The notes: a model not told the origin generated them from the letters alone. Shown: positions 25,772 through 42,512, counted from the first letter of the stretch. The stretch: DNA of 64,000 nucleotides from Pedobacter sp. (GCA_050253415.1 JBFWJC010000001.1:1064679-1128678), one strand, 5' to 3'. Numbers and translations are program-made.

Positions 25772-27007
25772 ATGAGCAAGATAAATATCGATGGCAGTGG
25801 ACGTTTGGAATTGCCGGTATCCGTTGTGAAGCAGATTGGAGCCGCATCCCTCGAGCTGGTTTGTCATTCTAACGCCCACTTGCTTTTTTCGAATATTGAG
25901 AGTGGCTTTCAATTGGCTGGCGTGCTTGGTGAAATCGCCATGGTTGATGTCCTCTCGTTTTTAAATATGTTCCGCAAGACAGGTGTGATGGTTGTCAGCC
26001 TGGCTGGAGGCCAGAAAGAGATTTGTTTCTTGCGGGGTGAGATTGTTGCCGCATCAAGTACATTCCCTGAGGAGGATATCTGCGGGGTTCTTTTGGAAAT
26101 GGGCAAGCTTGATCAGAACCTGTTGCCCAAATACCGGCAATTGCTCTCAAATCATGATGGCAATGGACGCATACTTGTTGAAAAGGGCGCTATTGCGCCC
26201 AAGGATCTATGGCTGGCGATGCGGCAGCAGGTTGAGGACATCGTATTCAACCTTTTTGGTCTGAGTCAGGGCAGTTTTTTCTTTCTCGAGAGGGAACCTG
26301 AAAAAGAAAAGATGGTGCGCTTGGCTATGTCCACCCAGAATATGATCATGGAGGGACTGCGCCGCGTTGACGAACGAGCCCTTTTTATGCGCGTTATCCG
26401 CTCCATGGATGCTCTGCCCAAGTTGGCGAATTCGTCGGTTGAAAACCTGACGGCCGAAGATGAGCGCTTGTTGGCTTTGATCGAGGCAGGCGGGCAGGAT
26501 GTCCGTGGTGTATTGCGGCGCAGTGGTATGTCGGAGTTTGACGGTCTTCGGGCTCTTTATGAATTGATCAATAAGGGGGCTGTTTCCATTGAGGACGCAC
26601 CCGCGACTGCTGTGGCAGGCGATCTTGGTGAGATATTGCTGGTGTTTAATGGCGCGTTGACAGCGTTGTTTCGCAGGGTTTCCGCAAAGAATAGCGGTTT
26701 CCTGAATGAAATAAGCACCTTTATTCGTCAAATGCCTTCCCCGTTTTCTTATGTATTTAAAGATGTAAGTCTCAAAAGTGATGGTACCGTGGATGGCCGC
26801 AAGGTGCTTACTAACCTGTCCGGACTTGAAGAACAGGACAAGAAACGATTGTTGGCCGAAGCGCTTAGTGAATTGATTTATATGGAATGCATGGCCGCTC
26901 AACGTGATCTTGGTCAGGCCGAATCAGCACGCTTGATTCAAAAAGTTCAGGAAGTGCCGCGTCGTGTCAAGAAGCTCTTGATAAAAAAACAGTTTTCCGA
27001 AGGGTGA
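25772..27007 (+). CDS. DUF4388 (PATAN-like) domain protein
   Basis: LAGVLGEIAMVDVLSFLNMFRKTG...ICFLRGEIVAAS...GSFFF...IMEGLRRVDE pattern. Confidence 0.72.
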   Translation: MSKINIDGSGRLELPVSVVKQIGAASLELVCHSNAHLLFSNIESGFQLAGVLGEIAMVDVLSFLNMFRKTGVMVVSLAGGQKEICFLRGEIVAASSTFPEEDICGVLLEMGKLDQNLLPKYRQLLSNHDGNGRILVEKGAIAPKDLWLAMRQQVEDIVFNLFGLSQGSFFFLEREPEKEKMVRLAMSTQNMIMEGLRRVDERALFMRVIRSMDALPKLANSSVENLTAEDERLLALIEAGGQDVRGVLRRSGMSEFDGLRALYELINKGAVSIEDAPATAVAGDLGEILLVFNGALTALFRRVSAKNSGFLNEISTFIRQMPSPFSYVFKDVSLKSDGTVDGRKVLTNLSGLEEQDKKRLLAEALSELIYMECMAAQRDLGQAESARLIQKVQEVPRRVKKLLIKKQFSEG

Positions 27008-27011
27008 TATC

Positions 27012-27746
27012 ATGCTGGTCGAAGCTCGTAAAAGATTGATTTTTGCCCTGGATGTTGAATCTGGAGCGTCTGCCGAGGAATGGGTGCGGCGCCTGCGTGG
27101 CAAAGTCGGTGTTTTTAAGATCGGCAAGCAACTCTTCACCCGGTGTGGGCCTGATGTGGTTCGAATGGTCCTGGACCAAGGCGGAGAAGTGTTTCTTGAT
27201 CTGAAATTTCACGATATTCCTAATACCGTTGCCAAGGCAGCCATTGAGGCATGCCGTCTTGGTGTTCGCATTTTTAATGTTCACGCCTTGGGTGGGCGCG
27301 CCATGATGGAGGGCGCCGCTCGGGCTGTCAATGAATACCTGGCCGCTGGTGAAGGTGTGCCGCCGGTATTGCTTGGGGTTACGATCCTGACATCATCCAG
27401 CGAGCAGACTTTGCGAGAGGTCGGCATCGATCGACCGGTGGAAGAGATGGTTCTCCGGTTGGCCATGTTGGCCAAAGAGTCAGGGCTGGATGGCGTTGTC
27501 GCATCGCCCCACGAAGTCGGTTTGATTCGACAGTCCTGTGGGCGTGATTTCACTATCGTCACTCCCGGAGTGCGTCCGTCTTTTGCCGAAACGAATGATC
27601 AGCAGCGTATCATGTCCCCCGGAGAGGCTATCGCCGCAGGGTCTGATTATCTGGTGGTGGGCAGGCCGATCGCCGCTGCCGCTGATCCGGTTGGTGCTGC
27701 GCAGCGTATTGTTGAAGAGATGGCTGTGGCCCTGGAGAGGGAATGA
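27012..27746 (+). CDS. pyrF: Orotidine-5'-phosphate decarboxylase
   Basis: IFALD, FLDLKFHDIPNTV, VTPGVR, VVGRPI. Confidence 0.96.
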   Translation: MLVEARKRLIFALDVESGASAEEWVRRLRGKVGVFKIGKQLFTRCGPDVVRMVLDQGGEVFLDLKFHDIPNTVAKAAIEACRLGVRIFNVHALGGRAMMEGAARAVNEYLAAGEGVPPVLLGVTILTSSSEQTLREVGIDRPVEEMVLRLAMLAKESGLDGVVASPHEVGLIRQSCGRDFTIVTPGVRPSFAETNDQQRIMSPGEAIAAGSDYLVVGRPIAAAADPVGAAQRIVEEMAVALERE

Positions 27747-27750
27747 GATA

Positions 27751-28491
27751 GTGGGATCGCTTATTTATGGAATTAACTCCGTCCTTGAATCCCTTAGGGG
27801 GCGACAGCGCAAAGCATTGGAGTTGTTGGTTGATCGTAATTCCGCATCGCCGCGTCTTGCCGTAGTGCGTGATGAAGCAACCAGGCGCCGTGTGACCATT
27901 AATCCGGTCAGCCGCCAGGAGTTGGATCTTCTTTCTGGAGGTGAACGTCATCAAGGGGTCGCTCTGCGGGTGGAAGAGATTGCGTCCATTCAGCTTGAAG
28001 ACCTCTTAGCGATGTGGCGCAGTAGTGAGAAAAAAGGATTGTTTCTCGTTTTGGACGGGATTACCGATCCTCACAACCTTGGTGCCTTGGCGCGGTCAGC
28101 AGAAGCATCGGGTTGCCAGGGAATGATTCTGCCCAAAGATCGTAGTTGTTCTATTACCGCAACCGCAGAAAAGGCTTCGGCTGGAGCCCTTGCACATCTT
28201 CCTGTGTGCCGGGTAACCAATATTGCGCGAACGCTGGATACTCTCAAGAGGGAAGGATTCTGGGTTTTCGGCTTGGCGGGAGAAGCTGGCGCTCTTAATC
28301 TTTTTGAAGCCGACCTGTCGGGCCATGTCGTGTTGGTTGTCGGTGATGAGGGGAAGGGGCTGCGGGATAATGTCCGAAAGCACTGCGACAATCTTCTGTC
28401 TATCCCCATGCGGGGGCAGATTTCGTCGTTAAATGCTTCCGTGGCTGGAGGCATAGCTCTGTTTGAAGTCCTTCGGCAACAGGTTGACTGA
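27751..28491 (+). CDS. rlmB: 23S rRNA (guanosine-2'-O)-methyltransferase, TrmH family
   Basis: IYGINSV, HQGV, LDGITDPHNLGA, GDEGKG, SLNASVA. GTG start inferred. Confidence 0.9.
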   Translation: MGSLIYGINSVLESLRGRQRKALELLVDRNSASPRLAVVRDEATRRRVTINPVSRQELDLLSGGERHQGVALRVEEIASIQLEDLLAMWRSSEKKGLFLVLDGITDPHNLGALARSAEASGCQGMILPKDRSCSITATAEKASAGALAHLPVCRVTNIARTLDTLKREGFWVFGLAGEAGALNLFEADLSGHVVLVVGDEGKGLRDNVRKHCDNLLSIPMRGQISSLNASVAGGIALFEVLRQQVD

Positions 28492-28588
28492 TTTTTTCTG
28501 TATGTTTGTCATTTCCTTAAGTGCCCGAAAGGCAAGCATATTTATGTCTTCTTGTTTATTATGTGCTGTTTGTCTGGGATAATAGGGG

Positions 28589-28688
28589 TTGACAGGCTGT
28601 GGGCGGATGGACTATACAGTTCGCCTACCACGGCTGAACTGCGCGGGCAAAAAAACAGCTTGCAATTTAAATCCAATAGGGTTATAAA
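28589..28688 (+). promoter_or_regulatory. Tandem sigma70 promoters of the tRNA-tuf operon
   Basis: TTGACA-N18-TATACA and TTGCAA-N17-TATAAA, the second followed by a GC-rich discriminator. Confidence 0.6.
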
Positions 28689-28704
28689 CCGCATCTGTGC
28701 CCAG

Positions 28705-28780
28705 GCTGGCGTAGCTCAATTGGTAGAGCAGCTGACTTGTAATCAGCAGGTTGCGGGTTCAATTCCTGTCGCCAGCTCCA
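28705..28780 (+). tRNA. tRNA-Thr (TGT)
   Basis: Cloverleaf, anticodon loop CT-TGT-AA, GGTTCAATTCC, encoded CCA. Confidence 0.97.
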
Positions 28781-28823
28781 TCAAAAGTGGGCACTGGTAG
28801 GTTGAAAATTTAACGCGTCCCCT

Positions 28824-28908
28824 GGAGGGGTTCCCGAGTGGCCAAAGGGAACAGACTGTAAATCTGTCGTCGTAGACTTCGGAGGTTCGAATCCTCCCCC
28901 CTCCACCA
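28824..28908 (+). tRNA. tRNA-Tyr (GTA)
   Basis: Cloverleaf with long variable arm, CT-GTA-AA, encoded CCA. Confidence 0.97.
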
Positions 28909-29032
28909 ATTAAATACTTGCCGAACGAGACTGTGGCAGGGGTTGCCAGGAGGCCGAACGGGCCGACGGTACTGGTGCTTCTTGCTTTAGTTAGTTCAAC
29001 ATGATGCTTCGATTGTGGAATGGCTCGATCGG

Positions 29033-29109
29033 GCGGGAGTAGCTCAGTTGGCTAGAGCATCAGCCTTCCAAGCTGAGGGTCGCGGGTTCGAATCCCGTTT
29101 CCCGCTCCA
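29033..29109 (+). tRNA. tRNA-Gly (TCC)
   Basis: Cloverleaf, CT-TCC-AA, encoded CCA. Confidence 0.97.
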
Positions 29110-29142
29110 GATTAAGAGCGTTCGCGCGTTGCAAATAGGTTG

Positions 29143-29218
<76 letters not shown>

Positions 29219-29338
29219 TTTGTGGAGCTTTCGCGTTAGGATTTTTGAAGTATACTTATATTTCGGTTCCCGCCAGTTCCTGGCGGTCCTAAAGACACAG
29301 ACTATATCGCTAAGAGATTTCAAGAGGGAGGGTTCTCC

Positions 29339-30538
<1,200 letters not shown>

Positions 30539-30597
30539 GTCCATATTAGGCAATTCCCTCACCTGTCTTTGGGCAGGTGAGGGTAGAGGAATCGGAT

Positions 30598-30747
30598 ATG
30601 AGTGATATCATTACCCTTGCCTGCACTGAGTGCAAGCAGAGGAACTACACGACGACTAAAAACAAAAAAACCAAGCCCGAACGGCTTGAGTTCAGTAAAT
30701 ACTGTCGTTTTTGTCGTAAGCATACCCCCCATCGTGAGACCAAGTAG
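30598..30747 (+). CDS. rpmG: 50S ribosomal protein L33 (Zn-binding type, not in ORF track)
   Basis: [49 protein letters not shown]. Confidence 0.96.
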   Translation: MSDIITLACTECKQRNYTTTKNKKTKPERLEFSKYCRFCRKHTPHRETK

Positions 30748-30800
30748 TCTTATTATTGGGGAGTGATACGGGCCGCAGGTGTCTGCGGCTTTTTACTTGC

Positions 30801-30877
30801 AGGCCAGTAGCTCTAATGGCTAGAGCACCGGTCTCCAAAACCGGGTGTTGGGGGTTCGAGTCCCTCCTGGCCTGCCA
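30801..30877 (+). tRNA. tRNA-Trp (CCA)
   Basis: Cloverleaf, CT-CCA-AA, encoded CCA end, position before secE. Confidence 0.97.
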
Positions 30878-30904
30878 TCCTTAAAGCAAGCTTTGGGAGT
30901 TTCT

Positions 30905-31093
30905 GTGATCAACAAGGCGGTTGAATTTCTTGGCAATGTCAAGGTCGAGCTAAAGAAGGTGACCTGGCCCGGCAAGAGAGATGCTTACGGGTCTACTCTC
31001 GCGGTCATCGTGCTTGTTCTTGGAGTCACGGTTTTTCTGTGGTGCGTGGACTGGTTGCTTTCTTCCGCCATTGGGGTTCTTCTCCGAGGCTAG
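30905..31093 (+). CDS. secE: Preprotein translocase subunit SecE
   Basis: ELKKVTWP plus one TM helix, GTG start, synteny. Confidence 0.93.
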   Translation: MINKAVEFLGNVKVELKKVTWPGKRDAYGSTLAVIVLVLGVTVFLWCVDWLLSSAIGVLLRG

Positions 31094-31111
31094 GCGAAAA
31101 GATAATAAAGT

Positions 31112-31645
31112 ATGTCAAAGAAGTGGTACGGGGTACATACATATTCCGGATTCGAAAACAAGGTCAAGATGGCCTTGGAAGAGAGGATTCGCCAGCTTGG
31201 TGTCGAAGATCTGTTCGGTGAGGTATTGATTCCCTCCGAAACGGTTGTCGAGATGAAGAATGGTGAGCGCAAGACTTCTACTCGGAAGTTTTTCCCGGGG
31301 TATATCCTTGTGCAGATGGATCTTAGTAATGAAACCTGGCACGTGGTTAAGAATACGCCCAAGGTGACAGGTTTTGTTGGTGGTGGGGCGGCTCCGCCGC
31401 CAATTCCGGATGAGGATGTAGCTAAGATTGCAGCACGGATGGTTGAGGATGTTGAGCGACCCAAGCCTAAGGTGGCTTTCGAGGTTGGCGAGACTGTTCG
31501 TGTTGTCGACGGTCCCTTCCTGAACTTCACCGGTGTTGTTGAGGATGTCAAGCCCGATAAGGGAAAGCTGAAGGTCATGGTCAGTATTTTCGGCCGGGTT
31601 ACTCCTGTCGAGCTCGAGTTCATCCAAGTTGAAAAAACCAGCTGA
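31112..31645 (+). CDS. nusG: Transcription termination/antitermination factor NusG
   Basis: WYGVHTYSG, FFPGY, KOW motif DGPF, IFGRVTPVEL. Confidence 0.98.
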   Translation: MSKKWYGVHTYSGFENKVKMALEERIRQLGVEDLFGEVLIPSETVVEMKNGERKTSTRKFFPGYILVQMDLSNETWHVVKNTPKVTGFVGGGAAPPPIPDEDVAKIAARMVEDVERPKPKVAFEVGETVRVVDGPFLNFTGVVEDVKPDKGKLKVMVSIFGRVTPVELEFIQVEKTS

Positions 31646-31683
31646 TGCTGGCTATATGAAGGTAAAAGTTCAAGGAGAAGCTC

Positions 31684-32106
31684 ATGGCCAAAAAGGTTGT
31701 TGGAATGATAAAATTGCAGATTCCTGCCGGCAAAGCCAATCCTTCGCCGCCGGTCGGCCCCGCGCTGGGACAGCATGGGGTCAACATTATGGAATTTTGC
31801 AAGGCATTTAATGCAAAAACGCAGGGACAGGACGGGATGATTATTCCCGTAGTTATCACTGTCTTTGCTGACCGTTCTTTTAGCTTCATCACCAAAACGC
31901 CTCCTGCGGCGATTTTGCTGATGAAAGCAGCCAAGATTCCCAAGGGGTCTCCGGTGCCTAATAAGGACAAGGTTGGTAAGGTGACGAAGGCGCAGGTGCG
32001 CGAAATTGCAGAACTGAAAATGCCCGATCTCAATGCATTCGACATTGAGGCTGCGGTTCGTACCATTGAGGGTACGGCACGAAGCATGGGGCTCGAAATC
32101 GTATAA
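31684..32106 (+). CDS. rplK: 50S ribosomal protein L11
   Basis: [17 protein letters not shown]. Confidence 0.99.
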   Translation: MAKKVVGMIKLQIPAGKANPSPPVGPALGQHGVNIMEFCKAFNAKTQGQDGMIIPVVITVFADRSFSFITKTPPAAILLMKAAKIPKGSPVPNKDKVGKVTKAQVREIAELKMPDLNAFDIEAAVRTIEGTARSMGLEIV

Positions 32107-32132
32107 ATTCTGGCAGGATCTGGAGTACGCCA

Positions 32133-32834
32133 ATGTCCATAGGAAAACTGCAGAAGCAAGCCAAGGAAAAAGTTGATCGTTCGTTGATGTATCCCATTAG
32201 CGACGCGCTGACCTTGGTTAAGGAGGCTGCACATGCCAAGTTCGACGAAACGGTCGAACTCACTGTTCGTCTTGGGGTAGATCCCCGTAAGGCCGATCAG
32301 ATGGTGCGTGGAGCCGTGGTGTTGCCTAACGGCCTCGGTAAAGACGTCAGGGTTCTTGTTTTCGCCAAGGGTGAAAAGGCTATCGAAGCACGTGATGCCG
32401 GTGCCGATTATGTTGGCGGAGACGATCTGGTCGCAAAGATTCAGGAGGGTTGGTTCGAGTTTGATACCGCCATTGCGACTCCGGATATGATGGGAACTGT
32501 TGGCAAGATCGGTCGGCTGCTGGGACCTCGCGGGCTTATGCCTAACCCCAAGGTTGGCACCGTGACTTTTGAAGTCGGCAAGGCTACCAGTGATGCCAAG
32601 TCCGGTAAAGTTGAATACCGGGTTGAGAAGGCTGGGATTGTTCATGCTCCTGTCGGTAAGGTCTCGTTTGACGCCGACAAGTTGCAAGAAAACCTGGTCG
32701 CTCTGGTCGACGCATTGATCAAAGCCAAGCCTGCTACATCCAAGGGTACTTATCTTAAAAAAATAAGTCTTTGCAGCACAATGGGGCCGGGTGTCAACGT
32801 TGATATCCCCACTGTGCAGGCTCTTGTAAAATAA
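32133..32834 (+). CDS. rplA: 50S ribosomal protein L1
   Basis: [18 protein letters not shown]. Confidence 0.99.
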   Translation: MSIGKLQKQAKEKVDRSLMYPISDALTLVKEAAHAKFDETVELTVRLGVDPRKADQMVRGAVVLPNGLGKDVRVLVFAKGEKAIEARDAGADYVGGDDLVAKIQEGWFEFDTAIATPDMMGTVGKIGRLLGPRGLMPNPKVGTVTFEVGKATSDAKSGKVEYRVEKAGIVHAPVGKVSFDADKLQENLVALVDALIKAKPATSKGTYLKKISLCSTMGPGVNVDIPTVQALVK

Positions 32835-32902
32835 TTATCCGATTTTTGGTTAACAACTTGCCGACCAATGCCAAAGTGCGGGTCGGCCGGTTGTGTCTGA
32901 AG

Positions 32903-33010
32903 TCCAGGTCAAAGACAGCAGGTACCCAGTGGTTTAATGGTGTAACCGCCTGCCGAGGCCGGAACAAAGGGATGCGTAAGCCTCCTTCTGTGGCCGTTGA
33001 CTGGCAATGG
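32903..33010 (+). promoter_or_regulatory. L10 leader (rplJ autoregulatory RNA), approximate bounds
   Basis: AAGACAGCAGG...TTAAT...CCTGCCGAGG core upstream of rplJ. Confidence 0.75.
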
Positions 33011-33053
33011 TCCGTTTTGGGCCCAGAAAATACTACAGAAAGGAGGAGAGGCT

Positions 33054-33572
33054 ATGAAAAAAGAAGGAAAATCACAAGTTGTATCAGAAATAGCGCAGAA
33101 ACTGAGTTCTTGTCAGGCGGCGTTTTTGGCTGACTACCGTGGGTTGACCGTTGAACAGGTTAACACCCTTCGTGGCGAATTGAAAAAGGTCGGTGTTGAA
33201 TACCGTGTTGTTAAAAACACCTTGCTGCGTCTGGCTGCCAAAGATACCGATGTCGAATGTCTTTCGGAATATCTGCAGGGTCCTAATGCCATTGCGTTGG
33301 CTGAAGGTGATCCTGTCGGCCCCGCCAAGGTGTTGACTGAATTTGCCAAAAGCAACAAGGCCTTTGAATTAAGAGCCGCGCAGCTGAATGGTAAATTGTT
33401 GACCCTGGAAGACGTGCAGGCTCTCGCTGAATTGCCGAGCAAGGAGGTATTGCTTGGTAAAATGCTCGGATCGCTCAATGCGCCGGTCAGCAACTTTGTC
33501 GGTGTTCTTGCAGCTGTTCCACGCACCTTTGTTCAGGTACTTGCAGCTATTCAGCAGCAAAAAGAGGGTTGA
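33054..33572 (+). CDS. rplJ: 50S ribosomal protein L10
   Basis: DYRGLTV, VVKNTL, AGGAGG RBS. Confidence 0.98.
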   Translation: MKKEGKSQVVSEIAQKLSSCQAAFLADYRGLTVEQVNTLRGELKKVGVEYRVVKNTLLRLAAKDTDVECLSEYLQGPNAIALAEGDPVGPAKVLTEFAKSNKAFELRAAQLNGKLLTLEDVQALAELPSKEVLLGKMLGSLNAPVSNFVGVLAAVPRTFVQVLAAIQQQKEG

Positions 33573-33640
33573 TCCTTTTTGTATCGCATCTCTTTAAAAC
33601 TTAATAGACAGTTTGTTAAAAATACGGAGGTTATCCAACC

Positions 33641-34018
33641 ATGTCTGATATCACAAAAGAGCAAGTTGTATCCTTTATCGAAAATATGAGCGTTCTGGAA
33701 CTGGCTGAGCTGGTTAAGGAATTGGAAGAAAAATTCGGCGTGTCTGCCGCTGCTCCCGTAGCCGTTGCCGCTGCTCCCGCAGCCGCTGCTGCCGCTGTTG
33801 AAGAAAAAGACGAGTTTGACGTTGTTCTGGCCAGTGCCGGCGACAAGAAGATCAACGTCATCAAGGTTGTCCGCGCAGTTACCGGTCTTGGCCTGAAAGA
33901 AGCCAAAGACCTGGTTGATGGTGCACCTCAGACCGTTAAAGAAGGCATGCCTAAGGCTGAAGCTGAAGAGCTTAAAAAGCAGCTCGTTGAAGCTGGTGCC
34001 ACTGTTGAACTGAAATAG
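33641..34018 (+). CDS. rplL: 50S ribosomal protein L7/L12
   Basis: [10 protein letters not shown] hinge, GLGLKEAK. Confidence 0.99.
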   Translation: MSDITKEQVVSFIENMSVLELAELVKELEEKFGVSAAAPVAVAAAPAAAAAAVEEKDEFDVVLASAGDKKINVIKVVRAVTGLGLKEAKDLVDGAPQTVKEGMPKAEAEELKKQLVEAGATVELK

Positions 34019-34041
34019 TTTACTTTGCATATTTAACACCT

Positions 34042-34081
34042 TAGCCAAGGCTGCGGTATGCGGCCTTGGCTATTCTGCTTT
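34042..34081 (+). terminator. Attenuator-like hairpin between rplL and rpoB
   Basis: TAGCCAAGGCTGC-ggtat-GCGGCCTTGGCTA with a weak U tail. Confidence 0.6.
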
Positions 34082-34111
34082 CGTTAGCTTCCCCTAGCTA
34101 AAGGAGAAACC

Positions 34112-37100
34112 ATGGCTTATTCGGTTGCGAATAACCAGCTTCTAAGGAAACATTTTAGCACGATCAAGGGCATTATCGAGATTCCCAACCTGATCGATAT
34201 TCAGAAAAATTCGTACAAGCGTTTCCTGCAAGCAGGGCTTCCTCCTTCTGCTCGGAAAAATATCGGGCTTGAAGCGGTTTTTCGCTCGGTTTTCCCTATT
34301 CGTGATTTCAGCGAGACCTGTTCTCTGGATTACGTTTCATTTTCTTTGGGGACTCCCAAGTACGACGTCGGTGAATGCCATCAACGCGGGATGACTTTTG
34401 CTGCTCCCGTGAAGGTGTGTGTTCGTCTGGTGTCGTGGGATGTCGATAAGGAATCCGGGGTTCAGGCGATTCGCGATATAAAAGAGCAGGAAGTCTATTT
34501 TGGTGAGATCCCGTTGATGACCGAAAACGGGACCTTTATCATTAATGGTACGGAACGTGTTATCGTAAGCCAGTTGCATCGATCACCTGGTGTTTTCTTC
34601 GATCATGATAAAGGTAAGACTCATTCGAGTGGTAAGGTTCTTTATAACGCACGGGTGATTCCTTATCGTGGCTCGTGGCTTGATTTTGATTTTGATCACA
34701 AGGACATTCTTTATGTCCGAATAGATCGCAGACGTAAGTTGCCTGCAACTGTTCTGCTGAAGGCCCTGGGATATAGCACCGAGGAATTGCTTAACTATTA
34801 TTATCAGGTACAAACAATCGTCCTTGATGGTGATTCCTATAAAAAAAGAGTCAATCTTGAACTTTTGACCGGCCAGCGCGCGTCCACCGATGTTGTCGGA
34901 ACTGATGGCGAAGTCATTGTTAAGGCTAATCGTAAGTTTACCAAAGCGGCTATTCGTAAACTTGCAGATAGTAATATAGAATATATTCCGGTATCTGAAG
35001 AAGAGGTTCTCGGTAAGGTTGCCTCGACTGACATTGTTGATGAAACTACCGGCGAAGTCATCGTTGAATGCAATGAAGAACTTACCGCTGGTAAGCTCGA
35101 GGAATTGCGCACTCGTGGCATCGTTGAATTCAATATCTTGTTTATTGACCATCTCCATGTCGGTTCCTATCTGCGGGATACACTGTTGCTCGATCGAATG
35201 GCGACTCCTGAAGATGCCCGTATAGAAATCTATCGCCGTTTGCGTCCTGGCGATCCGCCGACTATCAAGAGTGCCAATGCTCTTTTTGAAAGTTTATTCT
35301 TCAATCCTGAAAGGTATGATCTTTCAGTTGTAGGCCGAATCAAGCTTAATTATAAGCTCGGTCTCGATATGCCCGAGGACCAGACCACCCTTACCAAGGA
35401 TGATATTCTTGAGGTGGTGCGTTACCTGATAGGGTTGCGCGATGGTCGTGGAACTATTGATGATATCGATCATCTCGGAAACCGGCGCGTACGCGCTGTC
35501 GGCGAGTTGCTTGAAAATCAATACAGGGTTGGCCTGGTACGCATGGAAAGGGCAATCAAGGAACGGATGAGTCTGCAGGAAGTGGACAGCTTAATGCCCC
35601 ACGACCTGATTAATTCCAAGCCTGTTTCAGCCGTGGTTAAAGAGTTTTTCGGGTCTTCACAGCTGTCGCAGTTTATGGATCAGACCAACCCTCTTTCCGA
35701 GATTACCCATAAGAGGCGCTTGTCCGCCCTGGGACCCGGTGGCCTCACGCGTGAGCGGGCCGGTTTCGAGGTTCGTGACGTTCATCCCACCCATTATGGC
35801 CGGGTATGTCCTATCGAAACGCCTGAGGGGCCGAACATCGGACTGATTGCCTCATTGTCGACCTATGCTCGAATCAACGAGCATGGATTTGTCGAGACGC
35901 CTTATCGGATTGTCGAAGGCGGTAAGGTTACCAACGAGATCCGGTATTTCTCAGCTTTGGAAGAGGGAGGCCATGCGATTGCGCAGGCCAATGCGCTTCT
36001 GGATGAGGAAGGTCGCTTCATTAACGATCTGGTCAATGCAAGGCAAAATGGCGAATTCGTACTGGTTCAGCGGGAAGAAATCGGGCTTATGGACGTATCG
36101 CCGAAACAGTTGGTTTCGGTTGCTGCCTCGCTGATCCCCTTTCTGGAAAATGACGACGCCAACCGTGCTTTGATGGGCTCCAACATGCAGCGTCAGGCTG
36201 TGCCTTTGTTGCGTTCCGATGCACCTTTGGTCGGTACCGGTATGGAGCGGATTGTCGCTCATGACTCGGGAGCCGCTGTGGTCGCTCGGCATAACGGGGT
36301 TGTTGAATCTGTGGACGCTTCGCGTATCGTCGTTAAAATCGATGAAGGTGAAGTTGACGAAGACGGTACCGGGGTTGATATTTATAACCTTATCAAGTTT
36401 GCCCGGTCCAATCAGAATACGTGTCTTAATCAAAAACCCATCGTCAAAGTTGGAGACCGTATTACCCGCGGTGGTATGATTGCCGATGGTCCTTCGACCC
36501 AGTGGGGCGAGCTCGCCCTAGGCCAGAATGTGCTGGTCGCATTTATGCCATGGGAAGGGTACAATTTCGAAGACTCCATTTTGATCTCCGAAAAACTTGT
36601 CAAGGAAGATAGATATACCTCTATCCACATTGAGGAACTTGAATGTGTGGCGAGGGATACTAAGCTTGGCAAGGAGGAAATTACCAACGATATCCCCAAT
36701 CTCGGGGAGGATGCTCTTAAGGATCTCGACGAGAGCGGCATCGTTCGGATCGGGGCTGAGGTTAAGCCTGGCGATATCCTGGTCGGCAAGATCACGCCTA
36801 AAGGCGAGACGCAACTGTCTCCTGAAGAAAAATTGTTACGTGCCATCTTTGGTGAAAAAGCTGGTGATGTCCGTGATACCTCGCTTAGGCTTCCTCCGGG
36901 GGTCGAGGGTGTGGTTATTGGTGCACGGGTTTTCTCGCGCAAGGGCGCCGATAAGGACAGCCGTACCGAATATATAGAAAAAACCGAGATTGAAAAGCTT
37001 CTCAAAGATCAGCATGATGAAATCCGTATCATCAGGGAATCGACCCGCGGTAAGCTTGAGTCTTTGTTGGTCGGACAGGTTTCGGCAACTTCCTTATTCG

Positions 37101-38218
37101 ATTCGGCAGGCAAAGAACTTCTTGGTCAGGGGGAGAAGATTACCTCCGAAGTGCTCGAAGAGGTCCCTTTTGTTCGTTGGCGTGAAATCAGCCTGCTTGA
37201 CGCTGCTGACAAAGAAGATAAATTGAGTAGCGTCATGACCAGTCTTACTCAGCGTGAAGAGCTTATTAAAGCTGTTTTCGCCGATAAGATTGAGAAGATC
37301 AAGCGTGGTGATGATCTTCCTCCGGGCGTTATTAAAATGGTTAAGGTTTACATTGCCATTAAGCGTAAACTTTCGGTCGGCGACAAAATGGCTGGACGTC
37401 ATGGTAACAAAGGTGTTTTGTCACGCGTGTTGCCCGAAGAGGATATGCCTTACATGGCAGACGGTACTCCGGTTGAGATCGTCCTCAATCCCCTTGGCGT
37501 TCCTTCTCGTATGAACGTCGGACAGATTCTTGAAACGCATCTGGGACTTGCAGCCAGGGGTCTCGGAATCCAGATTCAGGAACATGTTGATAAACATTAT
37601 GGTCCTGATGCGTTGCGTGAAAAGATCGGTGAAGTGTATGAAGACCAGCGCGTTGTCGAACTGGTCAATAGCTTGCCGGATGACGAGATTATGCAACTTG
37701 CGCGCAAACTGTCTTACGGGGTACCTATGGCTTCGCCCGTATTCGAGGGCGTTACCGAAGAGCAGATGAAAAAGCAGATGGAACTCTCCGGTTTTTCATC
37801 GTCCGGACAGATGACCTTGTACAACGGTAAAACCGGTGAAGCGTTTAAGGAAAAGGTCACCGTTGGTATCATGTATATGCTTAAGCTGCATCACTTGGTT
37901 GACGATAAAATCCATGCGAGGAGCATTGGGCCTTACAGTTTGGTTACTCAGCAACCGTTGGGCGGTAAGGCACAATTCGGTGGTCAGAGACTTGGCGAGA
38001 TGGAAGTCTGGGCCATGGAGGCGTATGGTGCTTCACACGCTCTTCAGGAATTTTTGACCGTCAAATCCGACGACGTGACCGGTAGAACGCGTATGTACGA
38101 GGCTATCGTTAAGGGTAAACACACCCTTGAGGCCGGTCTGCCAGAGTCGTTTAACGTCCTTATCAAAGAGTTGCAGTCTCTCTGTCTTGACGTTGAGCTC
38201 CTTGAGGAGCAGGAATAA
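34112..38218 (+). CDS. rpoB: RNA polymerase beta subunit
   Basis: [30 protein letters not shown]. Confidence 0.99.
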   Translation: MAYSVANNQLLRKHFSTIKGIIEIPNLIDIQKNSYKRFLQAGLPPSARKNIGLEAVFRSVFPIRDFSETCSLDYVSFSLGTPKYDVGECHQRGMTFAAPVKVCVRLVSWDVDKESGVQAIRDIKEQEVYFGEIPLMTENGTFIINGTERVIVSQLHRSPGVFFDHDKGKTHSSGKVLYNARVIPYRGSWLDFDFDHKDILYVRIDRRRKLPATVLLKALGYSTEELLNYYYQVQTIVLDGDSYKKRVNLELLTGQRASTDVVGTDGEVIVKANRKFTKAAIRKLADSNIEYIPVSEEEVLGKVASTDIVDETTGEVIVECNEELTAGKLEELRTRGIVEFNILFIDHLHVGSYLRDTLLLDRMATPEDARIEIYRRLRPGDPPTIKSANALFESLFFNPERYDLSVVGRIKLNYKLGLDMPEDQTTLTKDDILEVVRYLIGLRDGRGTIDDIDHLGNRRVRAVGELLENQYRVGLVRMERAIKERMSLQEVDSLMPHDLINSKPVSAVVKEFFGSSQLSQFMDQTNPLSEITHKRRLSALGPGGLTRERAGFEVRDVHPTHYGRVCPIETPEGPNIGLIASLSTYARINEHGFVETPYRIVEGGKVTNEIRYFSALEEGGHAIAQANALLDEEGRFINDLVNARQNGEFVLVQREEIGLMDVSPKQLVSVAASLIPFLENDDANRALMGSNMQRQAVPLLRSDAPLVGTGMERIVAHDSGAAVVARHNGVVESVDASRIVVKIDEGEVDEDGTGVDIYNLIKFARSNQNTCLNQKPIVKVGDRITRGGMIADGPSTQWGELALGQNVLVAFMPWEGYNFEDSILISEKLVKEDRYTSIHIEELECVARDTKLGKEEITNDIPNLGEDALKDLDESGIVRIGAEVKPGDILVGKITPKGETQLSPEEKLLRAIFGEKAGDVRDTSLRLPPGVEGVVIGARVFSRKGADKDSRTEYIEKTEIEKLLKDQHDEIRIIRESTRGKLESLLVGQVSATSLFDSAGKELLGQGEKITSEVLEEVPFVRWREISLLDAADKEDKLSSVMTSLTQREELIKAVFADKIEKIKRGDDLPPGVIKMVKVYIAIKRKLSVGDKMAGRHGNKGVLSRVLPEEDMPYMADGTPVEIVLNPLGVPSRMNVGQILETHLGLAARGLGIQIQEHVDKHYGPDALREKIGEVYEDQRVVELVNSLPDDEIMQLARKLSYGVPMASPVFEGVTEEQMKKQMELSGFSSSGQMTLYNGKTGEAFKEKVTVGIMYMLKLHHLVDDKIHARSIGPYSLVTQQPLGGKAQFGGQRLGEMEVWAMEAYGASHALQEFLTVKSDDVTGRTRMYEAIVKGKHTLEAGLPESFNVLIKELQSLCLDVELLEEQE

Positions 38219-38258
38219 AAGACTAAACACCAACATCCATCCCTAAGGAGGGTGTGTT

Positions 38259-42449
<4,191 letters not shown>

Positions 42450-42483
42450 GAAGGAGGAAAAAAAGGGAGGCGGCAAAAAACGC

Positions 42484-42512
42484 TTGACAAGCGCCTCCCG
42501 TATTGATAGTTT
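42484..42512 (+). promoter_or_regulatory. str operon promoter
   Basis: TTGACA-N17-TAGTTT with extended TG. Confidence 0.65.

Noticed and set aside
35640..35740. Rifampicin-resistance changes in rpoB (and streptomycin-resistance changes in rpsL)
   Set aside because: The RRDR ([26 protein letters not shown]) and the rpsL Lys positions look wild-type.
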